64,000 nucleotides of DNA from Sphagnum compactum (taxonomy: Eukaryota). Below are positions 1 to 14,895 of the stretch, one piece after another. A program made the translations under genes and the position numbers. The notes under the pieces were generated by a model. That model saw nothing but the letters and a program-made list of their open reading frames with translations, did no database searches and had not been told where the DNA came from. Positions within the stretch are counted from its first letter, which is position 1, and the number at the start of each line of letters is the position of its first letter. The stretch spans positions 8,556,001 to 8,620,000 of the forward strand of contig OZ234494.1 of the NCBI GenBank assembly GCA_965153455.1, in the 5' to 3' direction.

Positions 1-879
1 CCCCCCCCCTCTCAACTCCAATGCCACATAGAACCTTGGGTTTTAGGTGTGGGGGTTGTTGTGATTGACTCCTAACTCCTTGCCAATGTGGTTGGCAACT
101 TTCTCCTCCATTGAATTATATTCAATTGGTAACATTTTCATGTAGATAATTTAAGTTCCATTGGGTGATTTGGATTAAATGTTTTCACCCATTCATGATA
201 TGGGTGTTTGCAAACTAGAGTATCCATAAAATTATGTACCAATTAGGTTTTTTTTAACCCCCTTTCAAGTTCAAATGCCAAGATGATAAATTTGAACACA
301 CATTGATGAAAAAAGGTCTTGATTTTTACACATTGAATAACTGTAATTAGCAAGGGTATATATATGTGATTGAATACAAAATTTGGGGGATTTTTTAAAT
401 TTATAACACTACCATTGAAATTGTCCATAAAAATTATGCATATGGATTCATTAAATAAAAAGTCTTCAATGAACAACACTTCTACCCAAATTTTAATTAC
501 ATGTTGATGAACAATAAATACAAGTTTCCATGCCATTTAGAACATGAAAGATATTATAATGGACTTTTATAAACACTATAATAAAGCAAAATGGTAAAGT
601 CATGTACAACATTATCTTTGTGGAATTCTTATAATTATTTTCATCAATAGTGAGCTTTGAAATGTATTAGTTAGCAGGCCTTAGTGATCTTTTGGAAACT
701 TGATGGTTTTTTTGCTTTGAGAATGAACATTTGACAATTCTAGGTTTCTAACATTGTAAAAATACAATATAAAAATATTTTTTATGGAATCTTATTGTGC
801 CATTCTTGGTCCACTATAATTTACATTCACCCATTGATCATGGTGCACCATGGTAAATTGAACACCAAAATTAACTTAC

Positions 880-1250
880 GGGTACATTCACGAATTAAGG
901 AGTCATTTAATGTGTAACCATTGCTTAGGATTAAATAATTAAAATCATGTCTAATTCCGAGTTTTATGAATGCTTGATAAATTTATAGAATAATGTTCTT
1001 AATATATCAATGTAACATTCGGATAAATTTGAAAGTAATCCAATGAATATAAAATACAAAAAAAACATTTTTTAAGCATTGTAACTAATGTTTTACAATG
1101 CTAAAAGACATTGTTTAATCATTATTTAATCATTATTTAAGCACCATTTAACCAATTTTGAATTGCAACATGAGCTTTTTGGGACTATTTAAGTACTAAA
1201 TAAAGACTGCTTAATGGAGCACATTAGTGTCTTAATTTGTGAATGTGCCT
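880..1250. mobile_element. MITE with ~20-bp imperfect TIRs, PIF/Harbinger (Tourist)-like
   Basis: Left end GGGTACATTCACGAATTAAG versus reverse complement of right end AGGCACATTCACAAATTAAG; TTA at or near both flanks; AT-rich non-coding interior. Confidence 0.55.
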
Positions 1251-4200
1251 TTAGTAGTTTCATGAATTTATGTGTTAAAAAAGAAAAAACCCCTCTTGAC
1301 ATCCATTTTGAATTCTACCCTCCCATGTTATCCTTACTTGTCACAAAGTTTAAAATTGACAACTAAAGGGCAATGTTGTAATATGTTATCTTACCTCCAA
1401 TGAAACTCATGATGATGGTTTTTGTTTTGTGATAGTATATTTCCACCGTAAAGACATCTAAATCAAAAGTTGAACGAGGTATTGTCTCAAGTTCCTTGAT
1501 AGGAAGGTCTTGATGATTCCTTGAGTTATTGAATGGAAAAGATTCTTCATTGGCAAGCATAAATGGGTTTTTCCTCCCCTCTTTTCCTTCCCTCAATCCC
1601 AAAATTTCACCTAATTTGGCATCCACCATGAGGGTTGAACACATGGTCAAGTGTTTGAATTGTAGGCATGGTGGTAGGTGTGGTTCCTTTGTTGGATGTA
1701 AAGCTTTAGTAGCTCATTTTCAATGTGTGAGGCCAGTGGGTCCCATAAACCTTAAGCCAAATTTAAACAATTGCAATTGAAAGCAAAGAAGATTTACAAT
1801 TTTCCATTAAGGTGTAGCACCAAGACCATTTAGCCACTTTCAATTATATTTAGTGAACATGCAAAATGGATGGGATAACAAATATGTGCAAGGCAACAAA
1901 TCTAAAGAACAAATTTGTTACATTGCAATCTACCCAATTGAACACACTTTAGATGCATCACAAACTAACTTTCTGGGGCTATCACCTATTATGCATAAAT
2001 ATTCAATAATGCGTAGTAGACATCATATACTTCAAATTGGGAACCAATGTGCTTAAGATCAAAACAACAAAATTTTATAATCCATGCCCTAAAATGGATC
2101 ACTTGGAAACTATCATCGTCCCTCAAACTTTCAATCATTTAATTTTGTTTTGATTTAACCATTAAATGCAAGTTTTTTAAATCCACCTTTCAATTGAAGG
2201 GTTCCATGTTTTAACCTTTCACATAAGTATTTGCAAGCTCAAGGACATGGTACTTGATTTTCATATTTTATCATTGTGGTTGAAGGCATAAAGACTGTTG
2301 GAATTTTAGCATGTATACATTGATTAATTAAAATAATGTAATTTAAAGACAAAAGCATTATTTCCATCCCGTTTGTTGGGGAATATTGCATGTATACAAA
2401 TAGTTAGGCCCCACCAAAGGGGGTGCTAGTTGGAGGCCACACCATAAAAAATATAATGTGTTTTTTGAAGGCTACATTACAAAAAATTCCTTAAGTTATT
2501 TTACTTAAGTAATAAACAAAACATATTCATGGTTGATAATTGAGTCATAAACTAATAGTCATTGTTTATTTCATTAAAAACCACTTGGGAAATTTGGAGA
2601 TACATATACATAGTACCTATTTGGTTTAGCACTCAAACGCCCAATCACTATTTTATTTTTCAAAATTGAGCTTGGCAATAAAAATGATAATTTATGAAAA
2701 TTTTGAACTAACATTATGTTCAAATGATGATGATTGGTCATTTCATGCAATGTTTGTGAAAATATTTCATTAAATGAAACATATTGCACAATTTCCTCTC
2801 TTCATCACAATTCTTGATTACAAGTATTCAAGATTCCATTTTATCCAACAACTTAAATGAATCATACTAGACATTGGAATGGTTACTAAACATAAGCATA
2901 TAAGCAATTGGTAAACACCTATTTATTAAATATTATTTAGCATGAACAAAAAAATGATAAATACAACCTACACAATTGTTTCAATATGCAATTTTTTTAC
3001 ATTGGCGGGTAGATAACTTTCTTAACTTTTGGCATTTTAGGTAGGTAATTTCTAGAAATTTGGCATTTAAAAAATATAATTAGTATATGTTGAACTTAAA
3101 AATATACATTTATAAATTTTTTTGAAACCAGCGAGATGAGATTTTTCTAGGGGATTATAGTTTGTGACATGGTTTTACCCCATATTCATTATAGATGCAT
3201 TCTACATTGTTTTGTATATTAATGAATAAATAAATATATGAATGAATTCATCTTCTCCCTTTCATGGACTAAAGCAACCTTAAAAATGAGTTCCTAAACT
3301 AATTTTGATTCCTACATAACATAATTAATCTTCATTCACCTTTCATACTAATCTTGAGGGCTTTATCCAAGTCCTTTGGATAAAAATATCATGGTAGATC
3401 TATAATGCATACAACAATTGTGCTATCAATTTTAATTTGGGGTTGCTTGCATGAGTTGGAATTGTAGGTTAGATGGATGTTATCATGTTTTTTTATATTG
3501 ATGTGAAAATAGTAAATTGTTTTTTTTAAATGTTTGTTGTGTTTGTCATGTATATTTTCCAATTTTCAAGGTATTGTGTTTCTTTGTTTTCAAGGTGGAA
3601 ATCGTGCCAAATAGGACATGGGAACTTTAAAATTTTGAAACATGAAGTCTAAGACAGCCCTAACCCACTATCAACAACTAACAGGAAAGTGCAATCTATA
3701 TAGGTATAGGGGACCATGTGCACAAACTTGCAAAAGTCTAATTGGAGACAACTTAACCATTAGGTAATTCATGTGCAATCCCCAAATGTTTGTTCCAAAT
3801 TCTAACATGCATCAATTTTACTCCAAATGTTTTACTCCATGCAATATTTTACTAACATGAAAATATTTTATTTCAAATATTTTGCTATTCCAATAGATAC
3901 AAGTATATACTTTGGACATTGCTTGAAAATATACACTTGTTTATATGCTCCCTCTTAAAACATACAAAACATAAGTTCTTTGAATGCTAACAAATTTGCA
4001 TGCATATTTCCTCCCAATCATCTTAATATACATCATGTATTAGGAGATGAACATTCCTTTGGTTTTTATATTGTGAGTATTATTTGTAATCAACCAAATG
4101 TGTTGGAAATCAAATTTATGCTTGTGGAAATAATCATTTTGTAGCCTAAACATAATGAACTAATTGGTTCAAATTATTGTATATATAGCAAGTTTGGCAA

Positions 4201-6814
4201 GTCCATGCCCAATAAGTATTTAATTTTGAAAAAAGCCAGATAGGGAAAATAATAATATTTAATAATTCAGCATTTTTTTTGAAAAAAAATAATTCAACAT
4301 ATTCATAGGAATTTTCAAGTTTTTCATCCATGTGTGACAATTGAACGGCCATTTTCATTTGTTTGCAACAACTTGAACTTTTTGAACCTAATTACTACTA
4401 GTAATCCTACTTAATGTGGCTATTGTATGATTTGCATTTTGTATGTCCTCTTTAATATTTTTGTTTTATTGTATTTGTGAAGACTTTGCAATGGTTAAGA
4501 AATAACAACATTTAGATTGTGGGTTTTTCACTCCCATCAACAAAGAAGAGATGGAGATTAGTGTGGAAGCAAGGTTGAATGAAGGATTGAAAAAGAGCTA
4601 GGTAATGCCTAAGAAGGAGATTTTTTACACAACTAGTTGGGCCCATGGAGGAAATACACATGATTTTAAGCACTAAAAATAAGAATAAAAATAAATAAAA
4701 ACCCTACATTTTTCATACAAATAATAAATTGGTGAAGAGAATCTACTGTACTTAAAAATTGCAAATTCTATATTGACAAATTTGGACAACATTTGTTCAT
4801 GACTAGATGAAGAAAAATTAACAATCAAACAACTAAATAAATCATGATAGTTACATTGCCCTAACTTGTTAAATGACAAAACAATATATGATTCATTCAA
4901 GGCATGTTGCTTAAGTTCAATTGCTTTTAAAATTAGAACCCCAAAAGTTCATTCCAAAAAATTTGAACACTATTATCATTTGCTTTTAGTTCATGAGGTA
5001 TAAAATAAACTTGTGAAAATTGTATTTCAAATTTCAATAGTGTACTAAAGCAAATAAGGAGTGAAAATAGAAATGAAATGACAAAGGTCCTATCACCAAC
5101 AAAAGGCCGACATCCTACTTTTATAACCAAGGGGGGACGATTAAAATCAACATTCAACTACGGATAGGGTGTAACAAAGGAGAAGAGAGAATTGGAGGTG
5201 GGTCCATTAGGGGTGAAAATAAAGATAGAAATAACCCCTATGCTATACACTTTGATTTTGAAATATATGGAAATTGCTTGTAGCTTTCAAAGTGCAGTTG
5301 GAACTAATTGTTTGAGGACATGAATTATGATTGAGAAAGGGGGACCTTCAAGGCCTTTGGTGCTATCAATTTGTTATTCAAATAATCAAAGATAACTATT
5401 GCTAAAGGCAATACTAATATCTTGTATGGAAATTATGTTAATTGTTCTATTAAATTTGTGTTGCTTACGAAGTTGTGATGTGCATGGAGATTGAATGAGA
5501 AAGAATTATTGTTCTAGTGTTCAAGTTGGACTAGCAATGACACAACCAACTAGGGGGGCTCCTATATTTGGAAAAAACACAATGTTGACATGAGGGTTTA
5601 AAGCAAGGTTTTTAAAATTAAAAAATACATATAATATATTTTTTAAATTAGAATTTTAAATTTCTTTTTAAAATAGAAAGTTTAACTTAGTTTTCTGAAT
5701 TTTTGATATAAAAAATTGGTGATTTAAGAAATAAAATAGCGAATTTGGCCCAATTTACAACCAAAAAAAATAAAATTCAATTGTGTTTTGGTAGAAAAAA
5801 AAAACAAAAATTGTCTAGAAAAAACAATGGTTGAAAGGTGTTGAAGGAGTACAATGGAATGGTTCTTGAGCGACTCTTGAGCGCCATGAAAGTCAACTTC
5901 AAGAAAAATGAACACAAAACATCATACATTGCATCATTGTTTCCTAATACATCCACTACCATGGCCACAAGTGGATGTCTACAAGATCGATGGGAATGGG
6001 TCCAGTATACTTTACCCTTGGGTCAAATTCATCAGTAAATAATCCCTAAAGGAGTGAAATGCTTTTTTGTGAAAATATGAAGGTGAGGTGTTGAAAATCA
6101 TCCTAATTATCGGAGGCTACAATCTAAATAATTTCATTCTTCATATGCCAATATCATAGTAATCATGAAAAATATAAATTTCAGAGACATATAAAGAATT
6201 AAAATTTAAAAGAAATATTTGATTTGTCAATGTGGAAGCTGACCCTAGGCTATGTAGTTATATTTCCCAAGGTTGTTGTATCAAAGCATGTTGCGCATTT
6301 AACTAAATTCAAAAGATGGTTACACAAATTGGTGATTATGAAAATGTTTTGAATTTTTTTCTTCCTAAAGTTAATTAAAAAAATATTCAATGATTTGTTT
6401 AAAGTTTAAACAAGGAAAGTCATGCATCAAGTAGGGTTGACAAATGGTCACAAACCAGTTTGAAGTGTTGTTGAAAAAGAAAGATGTTTGTCTCACATGG
6501 GCCAAGGTTTTCTAGGGGAAAAAAAAGGGTTATTCAAGTAAAACCTTAGAGAGAAAAGATGAATTTACTAATAATTATTGCTCCTCAAATTTGTTGTTCA
6601 AGCCCAAGGTCAAACATGAAACAAGACCTATACCACCTAAAGATCAGACTCTATTCAGATTTCAGATAGGTACCAACAAATTCCATTCCAAGTTTGCTGA
6701 TGAGGTTTTTTTAAAAAAAAAGTTAATAAAAAAAAAGTGTCATATCAATAATTTGCCAAAATTTTCCAAAAAAAGAGAAAAAAATTTGGTTTAATTTACA
6801 CTTCAAAAAATCCA

Positions 6815-7370
6815 ACGAAACCTCCAGCAGGCAAATGAGTACTTGGTCTGAAAGAGGGAGGAGAGGGTCCAGGTCCAACACAAGTTACCCTGGTGAGTGA
6901 CACCATGTGTGTGCTTTTCAGACCATCCCAATTAGACCAGCCACTTTGTTGTAGCCAAGTGGAATATGTGACTGGAGCCAGTTTGATGTGATATGGGAGG
7001 GATCCTTGATTTTGTGTAGATTTGCTGACTGCTGTAATTGATGGAGTAGGTTGAACAAACATACCTAGTTTGCTGTACATGCAAAATCTGCTGTCTTGGG
7101 CCAAAATCAACAAGTGGATGATTTTTTTTTTTCCTATTAGAGTTGTCCGTAAAGTCACCCTGCCTTTGGGCATGCTTTCACCACCTAGCCCCACTTTCAG
7201 TGATATCCGCAAAGTAAGGAAATTTTATTAAATCTCAGTATGAAATGCTGGACCTCAGCATTTAATGCACAATGTTTGAGAGTAATTATAGTAGTTGTAC
7301 AGGTAGGAACAGTGAAAATATATGCAGCAGCAGTGGAGGCGCTCAGGGAAAAGGAAAGATAGGATGAAAC
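6815..7370 (+). pseudogene. possible degraded spliced gene fragment, unidentified
   Basis: Exon-like block 7141-7213 bounded by pyrimidine tract+AG and GTAAGG (VVRKVTLPLGMLSPPSPTFSDIRK); next acceptor ~7302 (VGTVKIYAAAVEALREKE); upstream frame has TGA stops possibly derived from CGA. No family recognised. Confidence 0.22.
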
Positions 7371-8529
7371 TTAGTTAACCACCAAAATTGCTTGAAAAAC
7401 TAGTCTGGGTCCAAGTTATTTCGTTTTGTAAAATTTCCATTCCCAGTTACCGGTTGATGCCCCATTAGGGTAGGCGGAAACTGACCGCTCGCCCCCTAAT
7501 CGCCCCCTAAAGGATCTTACTAGGCTGGAAATACCTGAGGCAATGCCAGCCTTGTACCAATATAAGCCCCGGAGGGACCTGAGGTAATACCCCTGGTACC
7601 AGTTTTCTATCAGTATCTCCAAACCAGACCAACAATGGCTCTCTTATTAGTTGGACCCAATGCTTTTATTTTTGGGTCCTTGATTTTCTGATTTTGCAAA
7701 ATTGTCAATTTCCTTATGTTGAAAAAAACACATTTCACACTTTAAAAAAAACCTGTTTTTCTGACAAGGTTCACAGACTAGGTAGGTTAAACTCACATCT
7801 CAAGAAATCAATGTTGGGACCTACTTGGGTTGGAACCTGCTTGGAATGGCCCCCACCTCCCTCCAAACACAAGCCACTTGGGCCCTTATAAAAATCAGCA
7901 AAGTTGTAATCATGTTTGTACACCTTGTGAAACTTTGGGAACTTTGGTATGGGAACATACCAGTGTTGTACTGGTATATTATAGGGTGCAACCTGGGTAC
8001 ATGATACCCTTATTGAACAACAACATAGCAGCTGGGTATGACCTGAGGCAATACCAACCTTATACCAATACCAGATTTCAACCAGGCAAAAATCAGCCTT
8101 GGACCTAATAATACCAGTAGGAGTCTCCTGTGTCTAAGGAAGCTTTGGAATTGTTTTGTCGAGTGATGTTTCTTAAATCTTTTGTAGGCTTCTCAGTCTC
8201 CCCTCTGAGCATGGATGTTAAAAACTTTAAAATGGTAAAGCTCATTTATAGTACCAAGGTAAACTGGCTCGTCACCACAAACGTAAATGAAACTACTTAC
8301 AGAATCAATCAAAGTGTACACTTCTGTTACCTATTGATATTTTGTCTTTGAAGTATCACACATTTAAGAATGGTATGTTTGTCATTCCTCTCCTCTATTG
8401 TGCAATTGATTTGTTGTGGAAATCATGGTTGGTTAGGGGCCCTTGTTGTTAAAAAAAGGTCTCAATAATATTGCTCATGGATTGTTTTGAGGTCATATCA
8501 TTATAAGCACTTGGCCTTTACTAATGCAA

Positions 8530-9200
8530 TTGGAAAAATTTCACCTAACATCCGCAAATATCCCTCCTAAAAAAGGAGAGTGATCTTATAACTAATCCCT
8601 TTTACTCTTTAGAGTAGGCATAAGAACCCCTCCTACCCTCCTAATCTACATATGTTTAGGTTTAAGATAATGTTGGTCTCATACTTTATGACGGGGTAAA
8701 GCCCATGGGTGGGGGGGATCATTCCCAAAATGCAGGGCCAAACTCAGCTATGATTGGGTCCTTATTTTGGGATTGCCTTACCTAGGGCTTTACCCTCCAC
8801 TTTCAATGCACAAGTTCAACAAGGTGGTGTGCCTGCTCTGTATCTTCTCACATAATGTTCCTCCGAAGACAATAAGAGAAGAAAAGTGAGATCAAAGGGG
8901 CTAACCCCAAAATTTGTTTGGTGATGACTCTGGGTAGGGTGAGGACCAAGAATTGGGCTCTTTTGGGAATGAGGGGCCCATGCACAAGGTAAGAGCAAGT
9001 GTGATACCCAAATTCTCACGACAGCAGCAGCCCTGTTTGAGATTCTTACCTCCATAAAGAACCCATATAATTTTGCACGCCTGTGAACTCATTTGAGAGT
9101 AGAAGAGACACCTTATATGCCTAAGCTGCCGTCCCTTTGTTGAGTCAGGAATTTTATTGAGGGTAAGTCGGCCTCCACATTCCACATACATGAGAAAAGA
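8530..9200. repeat. diverged dispersed repeat (LTR-like?) related to 27770-28290 and 40470-40800
   Basis: Shared blocks: GGGTAAAGCCCATGGGTGG..TCATTCCCAAAATG (~8693) versus GGGTAAGTCCCACAGGTGAGGTTCATTCCCAAATG (~28137); GAATGAGGG..CAAGGTA..TTTGAGAT (~8967-9045 versus ~27815-27885). Confidence 0.4.
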
Positions 9201-9699
9201 ATTTACAAGTTCTTTTCCACACCTAAATTCGTACTACACACTGGCATGGGGTTGTAGGTACTTCTCTGCTCATATGGAAGAGGCAAGCGTTGGTTTTGAC
9301 CAACTCGCCTTGTTTGTCCATTAGGTAGTCCCTTTTGACCGTGAGTGGGAAAATGGTGGAACTGAGGTGCTTGGTTTTCCCCCATCTTCAGATGTTTTGG
9401 AACAAAGGAAAAATGAAAAAAATCCTTCCCTCCTCCCCCCCCCCCCCAAACACAAACTTAAAAGAAAAAAAATCAAGGCACTTTGAGTGCATGCTGATCC
9501 TTCCCATTGGCTGCATGAAATTTCTGTTTCCAAAACTGTTTGTCACCATTTTTGGCCTGGGCTAATACCCGCATTATAAATTGGGGGTACTTATTAGGTA
9601 ATTGTTTCTTAATGGTCGTATCCAGACACACATCTTGCTGCTGCCCAGGCACACTTTGGACAGGGCATTGGGCCGTTACCCAGTTTGGCCAGTTAGCAT

Positions 9700-9880
9700 C
9701 ACTGGTGTCGGTTTCAATTAGTAGAAACCAAACTGGAACTGGGTCTGATTTTTGGAACTGGAACCAGAACTGGGTTTTAAATCCAATCCAGTTGTGGGAA
9801 CCGAACCCCCCTTATGGAACTGAATTTTTGGTTTTTTAAGAACTGGAACTGGAGGTTCTTGATAAAAGTCAAGAACCAGC
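9700..9880. repeat. GGAACC/GGAACT-rich dispersed repeat (related copy ~46960-47230)
   Basis: Clustered AACTGGAAC(C/T) motifs at both loci. Confidence 0.5.
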
Positions 9881-11309
9881 CAAAACACTCCTTGGGACCC
9901 CCATGTTATGCATGTCTTGGGCTTGTACCAATAAAGATGGATCAAGCCAAGGGCAAACAAGGGAAAAAAAAGAAAGAAAAAGTATTGCCTGCAATAACAA
10001 GTATGTGCACATATACCTAATGTGGGGGCATATAAGTCTGCCTGACTTCTAGTTTTAGCCCTAAATCATTGAGATTTTTGAACTTAGTAGCACTTAACAT
10101 TTCCATCTCAAGAGAGGATGATGGCAGTATGACTTGATTTTTCAAATGCTGCAGATGGACAAGCCGTAGGCCTCTGTGCCTTGGGTGAACCGACACCCAC
10201 ATTGGTCCCATGGTAATAAATAAATAAATCCCAAAATCCATTTAAATTATTTCTAAATATTACAAATATCCCATGCTTAGACTAAATCATCAGGGTCTCT
10301 CTGAGTTCAAATCTAACATTTTTTGGGCTTTAATATGGCCACTTTATAAGAGGCCTCACTCAAAAAGGTGAAGGTACTAACAGAGGTGCTGGTTAACCCT
10401 GGTGGCTGGGATATAATTAATTCTAGGGACTACCCCTAACAGTGATGAAGGGTAATATTTTTCATATTGCAAATATGTAGGTAGTTTACATATTTGGGAT
10501 CCATGTTGCTTCACATACCACTGGCATACCAGTGATGATGATTAAATTATTTTTTTGTGGACATAATAATTTTGTTGTAATTAATTTTTTCTTTTCAAAA
10601 AAATTTTTTTAATAAATTTTTTTATGTCATTTTGTTTCATTTATATTTTTAAATTTGATAGACAAAATGCCAACAAAAGTGTGATTCATTAAAGAAGTTC
10701 ACAACAAGATACAAATAGACAAAAACATTGAAAAGGTGCAAGACAAACGACAAGAAACGTTTTTGAATTGAAATTTGATCTATGATGAATTATAATCTGA
10801 AATGACTTTGAAATTGTCATAGTGATGGTCACCAAAATACCCATTCTACATAAACTAGTTCTAATAAAACATGGTAACTCAAATTTGAAAATTAACATGG
10901 AAGTTGGAAGGGATTGTTTGCACTACAAGCTCAAATGAAAAATCACGTGATGAACTTTGCCCTTTTCAAGCATTTGCGCTCCTTTTCACCTAACTATGGA
11001 ATTTAATAAACTTGTATGGTCTTGGATGGACCCTCCTATCTCATTTGTATTTCAACAGTCATTAGTATTTATTTATGTATTTATTTATTTATTTCCAATT
11101 TGTGATGCCATTGGAGTGGTTATAGGGTTTAAGATTCCTTGAGGTTTAAAAAAGCCCTAAACCCTAAACAATAAAAACCTAAAAAAAGAGAGAAGGTTGC
11201 TTCCAAACATTATAATTTCCTGTCCTAAGATTTAAATAAGGGCGTTGGTTATTTTATTTTTTTTTGGTTTTGTTTAAACCCTAAACCCTAACCACACCCC
11301 CCCCCCCAA

Positions 11310-11570
11310 TTTGCAATGTAGCATAAGTTGTGATCATCCATAAAGATGATTTAGTCAAGTTTGGCTACAAACAAAACATGAAGGTAAAAAAACATTTGTG
11401 AACCGCCTTCTATTTTCTAGCTACCTACTGAAAGCTGCTGCAGAGTCTTGGCAAATCAGCCCCCAAAAAAGGGGTCTAAATTTGGCGATCTGAGATCCAG
11501 AAAAAAGCTCACTGATTTGTCACAAGCTTGAAGAAACCAAAATCGCCAGTGTCCAATATTTAGCCAAAAA
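11310..11570 (+). repeat. abundant short dispersed repeat (GATCATCCA..GATTTAGCCAAATTTGGCTA family), copy 1
   Basis: Core motif recurs at ~21460, ~23990, ~31200 (+) and ~18910 (-). Confidence 0.6.
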
Positions 11571-13649
11571 AGAAAAAAAAAGAAAGCCTGGATTACCTAA
11601 ATCACTCAAAATCCAAATTTGATGTTTCCTTAGTTAAATATAACCAACAAAATTAGGTGTTGGTTCATCCTGGCCTTAATTTTGGCCCCCAAATCACCTA
11701 AATTTATCACAACCCAAAAACTGCAAAAACGGCCCTGAATGCTAAAAGGCAAAATATATAATCTATCCAGAACTAAAGGATATATGTATATATATATATA
11801 TATATATATTTCACTATAAAAAAATGCCATATTAGGAATTTACATTTTCATATTTAGTACTGTACCTTTGACCTGATTGATTAATTATTTCCAGTGTTTT
11901 TTTCTTTTTTCTTTTTTTTTCCTGGCAAAATTTCGCTGTTTTTCCACAATTAAATTGGGAATTTTTATTTTCCCAATAAATAATAAACTCGACTAATTTT
12001 CCTTTTTTGGGGGGTTAAATTTCACCAAAATTTTGATATGAATTTTTTTTATAAAAATTTAAAAAATAAAACATTGACAGACTCATTGGCAATTTGGTAT
12101 GTATATGGGACAAATATAAGTGGAAATAATTTTGTATGTTTTTCCAAAGATAAATATTTCTAATACTATAGACTAGTGGTTGTGCTTTTCCAAATTTCTA
12201 ATACCATAGTAGTTAGTATCTTGGTGGCTTCAGCCAAAAAATACTTTTTTACTAAAAATGATGAAAATATCAAAATTTACTTTTATTTTAAAAAACCATT
12301 TTTTGTGAAGGAAATTGAAGAATATTTTTTTAGAGTATTCTGGAATTTCTTTTTTTGAAATGAAAAAATTGAAATTTACTTAATTATTCGGCAGCCATGT
12401 GCTAAAGCTGCCCCTATATTACACAGTACACTCAGAATTGGAGGTTATATTCTTTATCTGGATGCTACCGACTGATTTTTCAGCACTAGTTTGTCAAATA
12501 TTTGTATATTTTAGAAAATGGAAAATAGTTATTGAATTTTCCAGAATTTCAACTTCATATGAGGAGGAAGAACAACTCCCTAAAAATACACCTTTTGTTC
12601 TGTATTTGTAATAATAGTTTTGGAAAATATTAATAAATTTTTTACCCCCCCCCTTCTTTTTTTTCAATTAGACATTTTGCGAATTATTTTTGTGCCAAAC
12701 ATCAGTTGCAAGCATGGTATTGGTACATTAATGTGCTATCCATTCTGCGGCAGAATGTGTAGTACATTACTACCAGATGATGGCCTATTATCCCATCCAG
12801 GAAAAACCCTAAAAAGGGTTCCTGTAAAACTCCAAAGAGAAATGGGGCTGGACACCTCTTCCATAAGCACTTCAGATAGTTTCACTATGGTGTAGGTAGG
12901 GTTGAAGGATGAGTGTTAGTTTTTGCTCTAGATAACTTGAGATTTCTAACTTCACACTTAAACTCTGGAGCATGTCCTTTGAATGCTCTCCCTCAAAACA
13001 TTGCTAAGAATAACCCTCGGGTTAATAAATTAATTTATGCTTTGCCTTTACTCAGACCTTCTTGGGTGCCTAGACTGGTACCATGGTAAGAACTAAAAAC
13101 CCAAAATTTGTGAGGTTGCTTCTAACCATGATGAACATCTTGTCCTATGAAGAACTAAATCATTGTTTCTGAGTCCAAATTCAACAATTTCTGGGTGAAA
13201 TATGGTCACTAAAAGGCCTTGCTCCAGAAGGTGAAGGTACCAGTGTAGGTGGTGGTTCACCCTGGGTGAGTACCAGCACCATTATGTCAATCAATTTGAA
13301 CCAAATAAGTGGAGGGTAACACCCAAGAGGAGCGGGGTGGGTGGTACCCTGTGTAAAAAGCATGGTTAAATCTTTTTTTCCCCCTGTGATACCCAAAAGA
13401 TACCCACAGGGTATATGGGTTTAAAAAGTATATTAAAAAAAAAGACACAAGGCATGCCTTGTCTTGTGGGCATTTTCAGAGGACAGATTTCGCTGCATAA
13501 TGTACCCTCCAGATACATTTAAAAACACTTACAATGCTTTTTGTAAACTAGTTTAAGACCAATCAGAGCGTTTTGAGAGTTTCCAATTAGGTACCAATTT
13601 TATTAGCATTATTTCAATCTACGTTAATGCAAAGCTCCCCACTAGCGTT

Positions 13650-14290
13650 TCCCCGCTTCCCAAACAAAAATTTCAAAGCTATGAACCTTCTTCTCAAAAT
13701 GGGTTTACATTATAACATGGAGTAATGCAGTCAAATTACTACAACAAAAGGTGTCCTTGTACGCCAAGTGATTTCACTAGATTTTGAGTGAATTTGGTAG
13801 TTGTAGTGAACAAAGGCAATGAAGAAGTTATGAATTCATTGGTTTAGTGAACGGGGACTAGTGAACTGCACCCACATTTTGTAGCAGTGAAACCAAGGCT
13901 AACACACCAGATCCCATCAGGATTCTGAAATTTTTAGTGCCTTTGGGCTAGAATAGTACTAGGATGAACGACTTTTTGGAAAGTGTGGGTGTTGCATCCA
14001 TTTAACAGGGAGTTGAAGACATTAGGCTATAAATATTTACATGTGACAACATTAGACATGATATCTAGGATGACAATTGCTTGTATTGTAGATTGGTTGT
14101 TTCAAGTGTAAAATATTTTTACAAGTTTCATTTCAATTTTGAAATAATATAGTGATTGTGGAGCATTACCCAAATCCTTCAAATTGAATTGTGGTTGGCA
14201 AAGTACAAATTTTCCACAAATTTTGTCATTAGAATTGGGAATTAAAAAATTTGTCTAGAGTAAATTTGACTTCATTTGCTATTGCTTCAG
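13650..14290 (-). pseudogene. highly degraded ARM-repeat (U-box/ARM-like) gene fragment
   Basis: Minus-strand translation ...AIVILDIMSNVVTCKYL*PNVFNSLLNGCNTHTSKKSFILVLF*PKGTKNFRILMGSGVLALVSLLQN follows the ARM pattern LL.G...KKDA..ALFNL...N...V.SG.V..LV.LL; many stops. Confidence 0.3.
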
Positions 14291-14295
14291 GCAAT

Positions 14296-14726
14296 CACTT
14301 ATTTCAGGAATGCCCCCACTCTTGGGGCATCACCCTACTTTGTAGCCCTTAAGTGAGTCCTACCAATATGTTGTGCCAGTATCCAAAGTTATGAACCTTT
14401 TTCTTTGTGTGAAGGGCCTTGTTGATTAGGCACATCACCCAAAAAAAAAACTTTTTAAAACTGTGAACCCTATTAACAATATTAACATGTGTATTGGCTT
14501 TTCCATTTGGCCACTTATTTCAAGAATGCCCCACTCCTTGGGCATCGCCCTACTCTTTGGCCCTTAAGTGAGTCCTACCAATGTGTTGTGCCAGTGTCCA
14601 ATGTTATGAACCCTTTTCTTTGTGTGAAGGGCCTTGTTCGTTAAGCACAACACCCAAAAAAAAACCTTTTAAAATTGTGAACCCTATTAACAATATTAAC
14701 ATATGTATTGGCTTTCCATTTGGCCA
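14296..14726. repeat. direct tandem duplication, ~216-bp unit x2
   Basis: CACTTATTTCA(G/A)GAATGCCCC starts at 14296 and 14512; both units end TTCCATTTGGCCA. Confidence 0.9.
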
Positions 14727-14895
14727 TATATGTAGGCTAAAATCATTGTCAAAACCTTGCAAAACTTTAGTTATAAACACATTGCTAATTCAAAAAATGT
14801 ACAAATATATACAAAACAAGGGAGAATTTAAGGACGTCAGATTAGCACAAACTAGATGTCAAAAACTCTCCATCTCAACCATTGACCGCTGGTAC

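Noticed and set aside
1363-1800. Coding-like block with ORFs on both strands
   Set aside because: No family recognised in any frame and no splice structure.
5200-5520. Faint resemblance to a retroelement RNase H
   Set aside because: Needs several frameshifts and no catalytic motif is intact.
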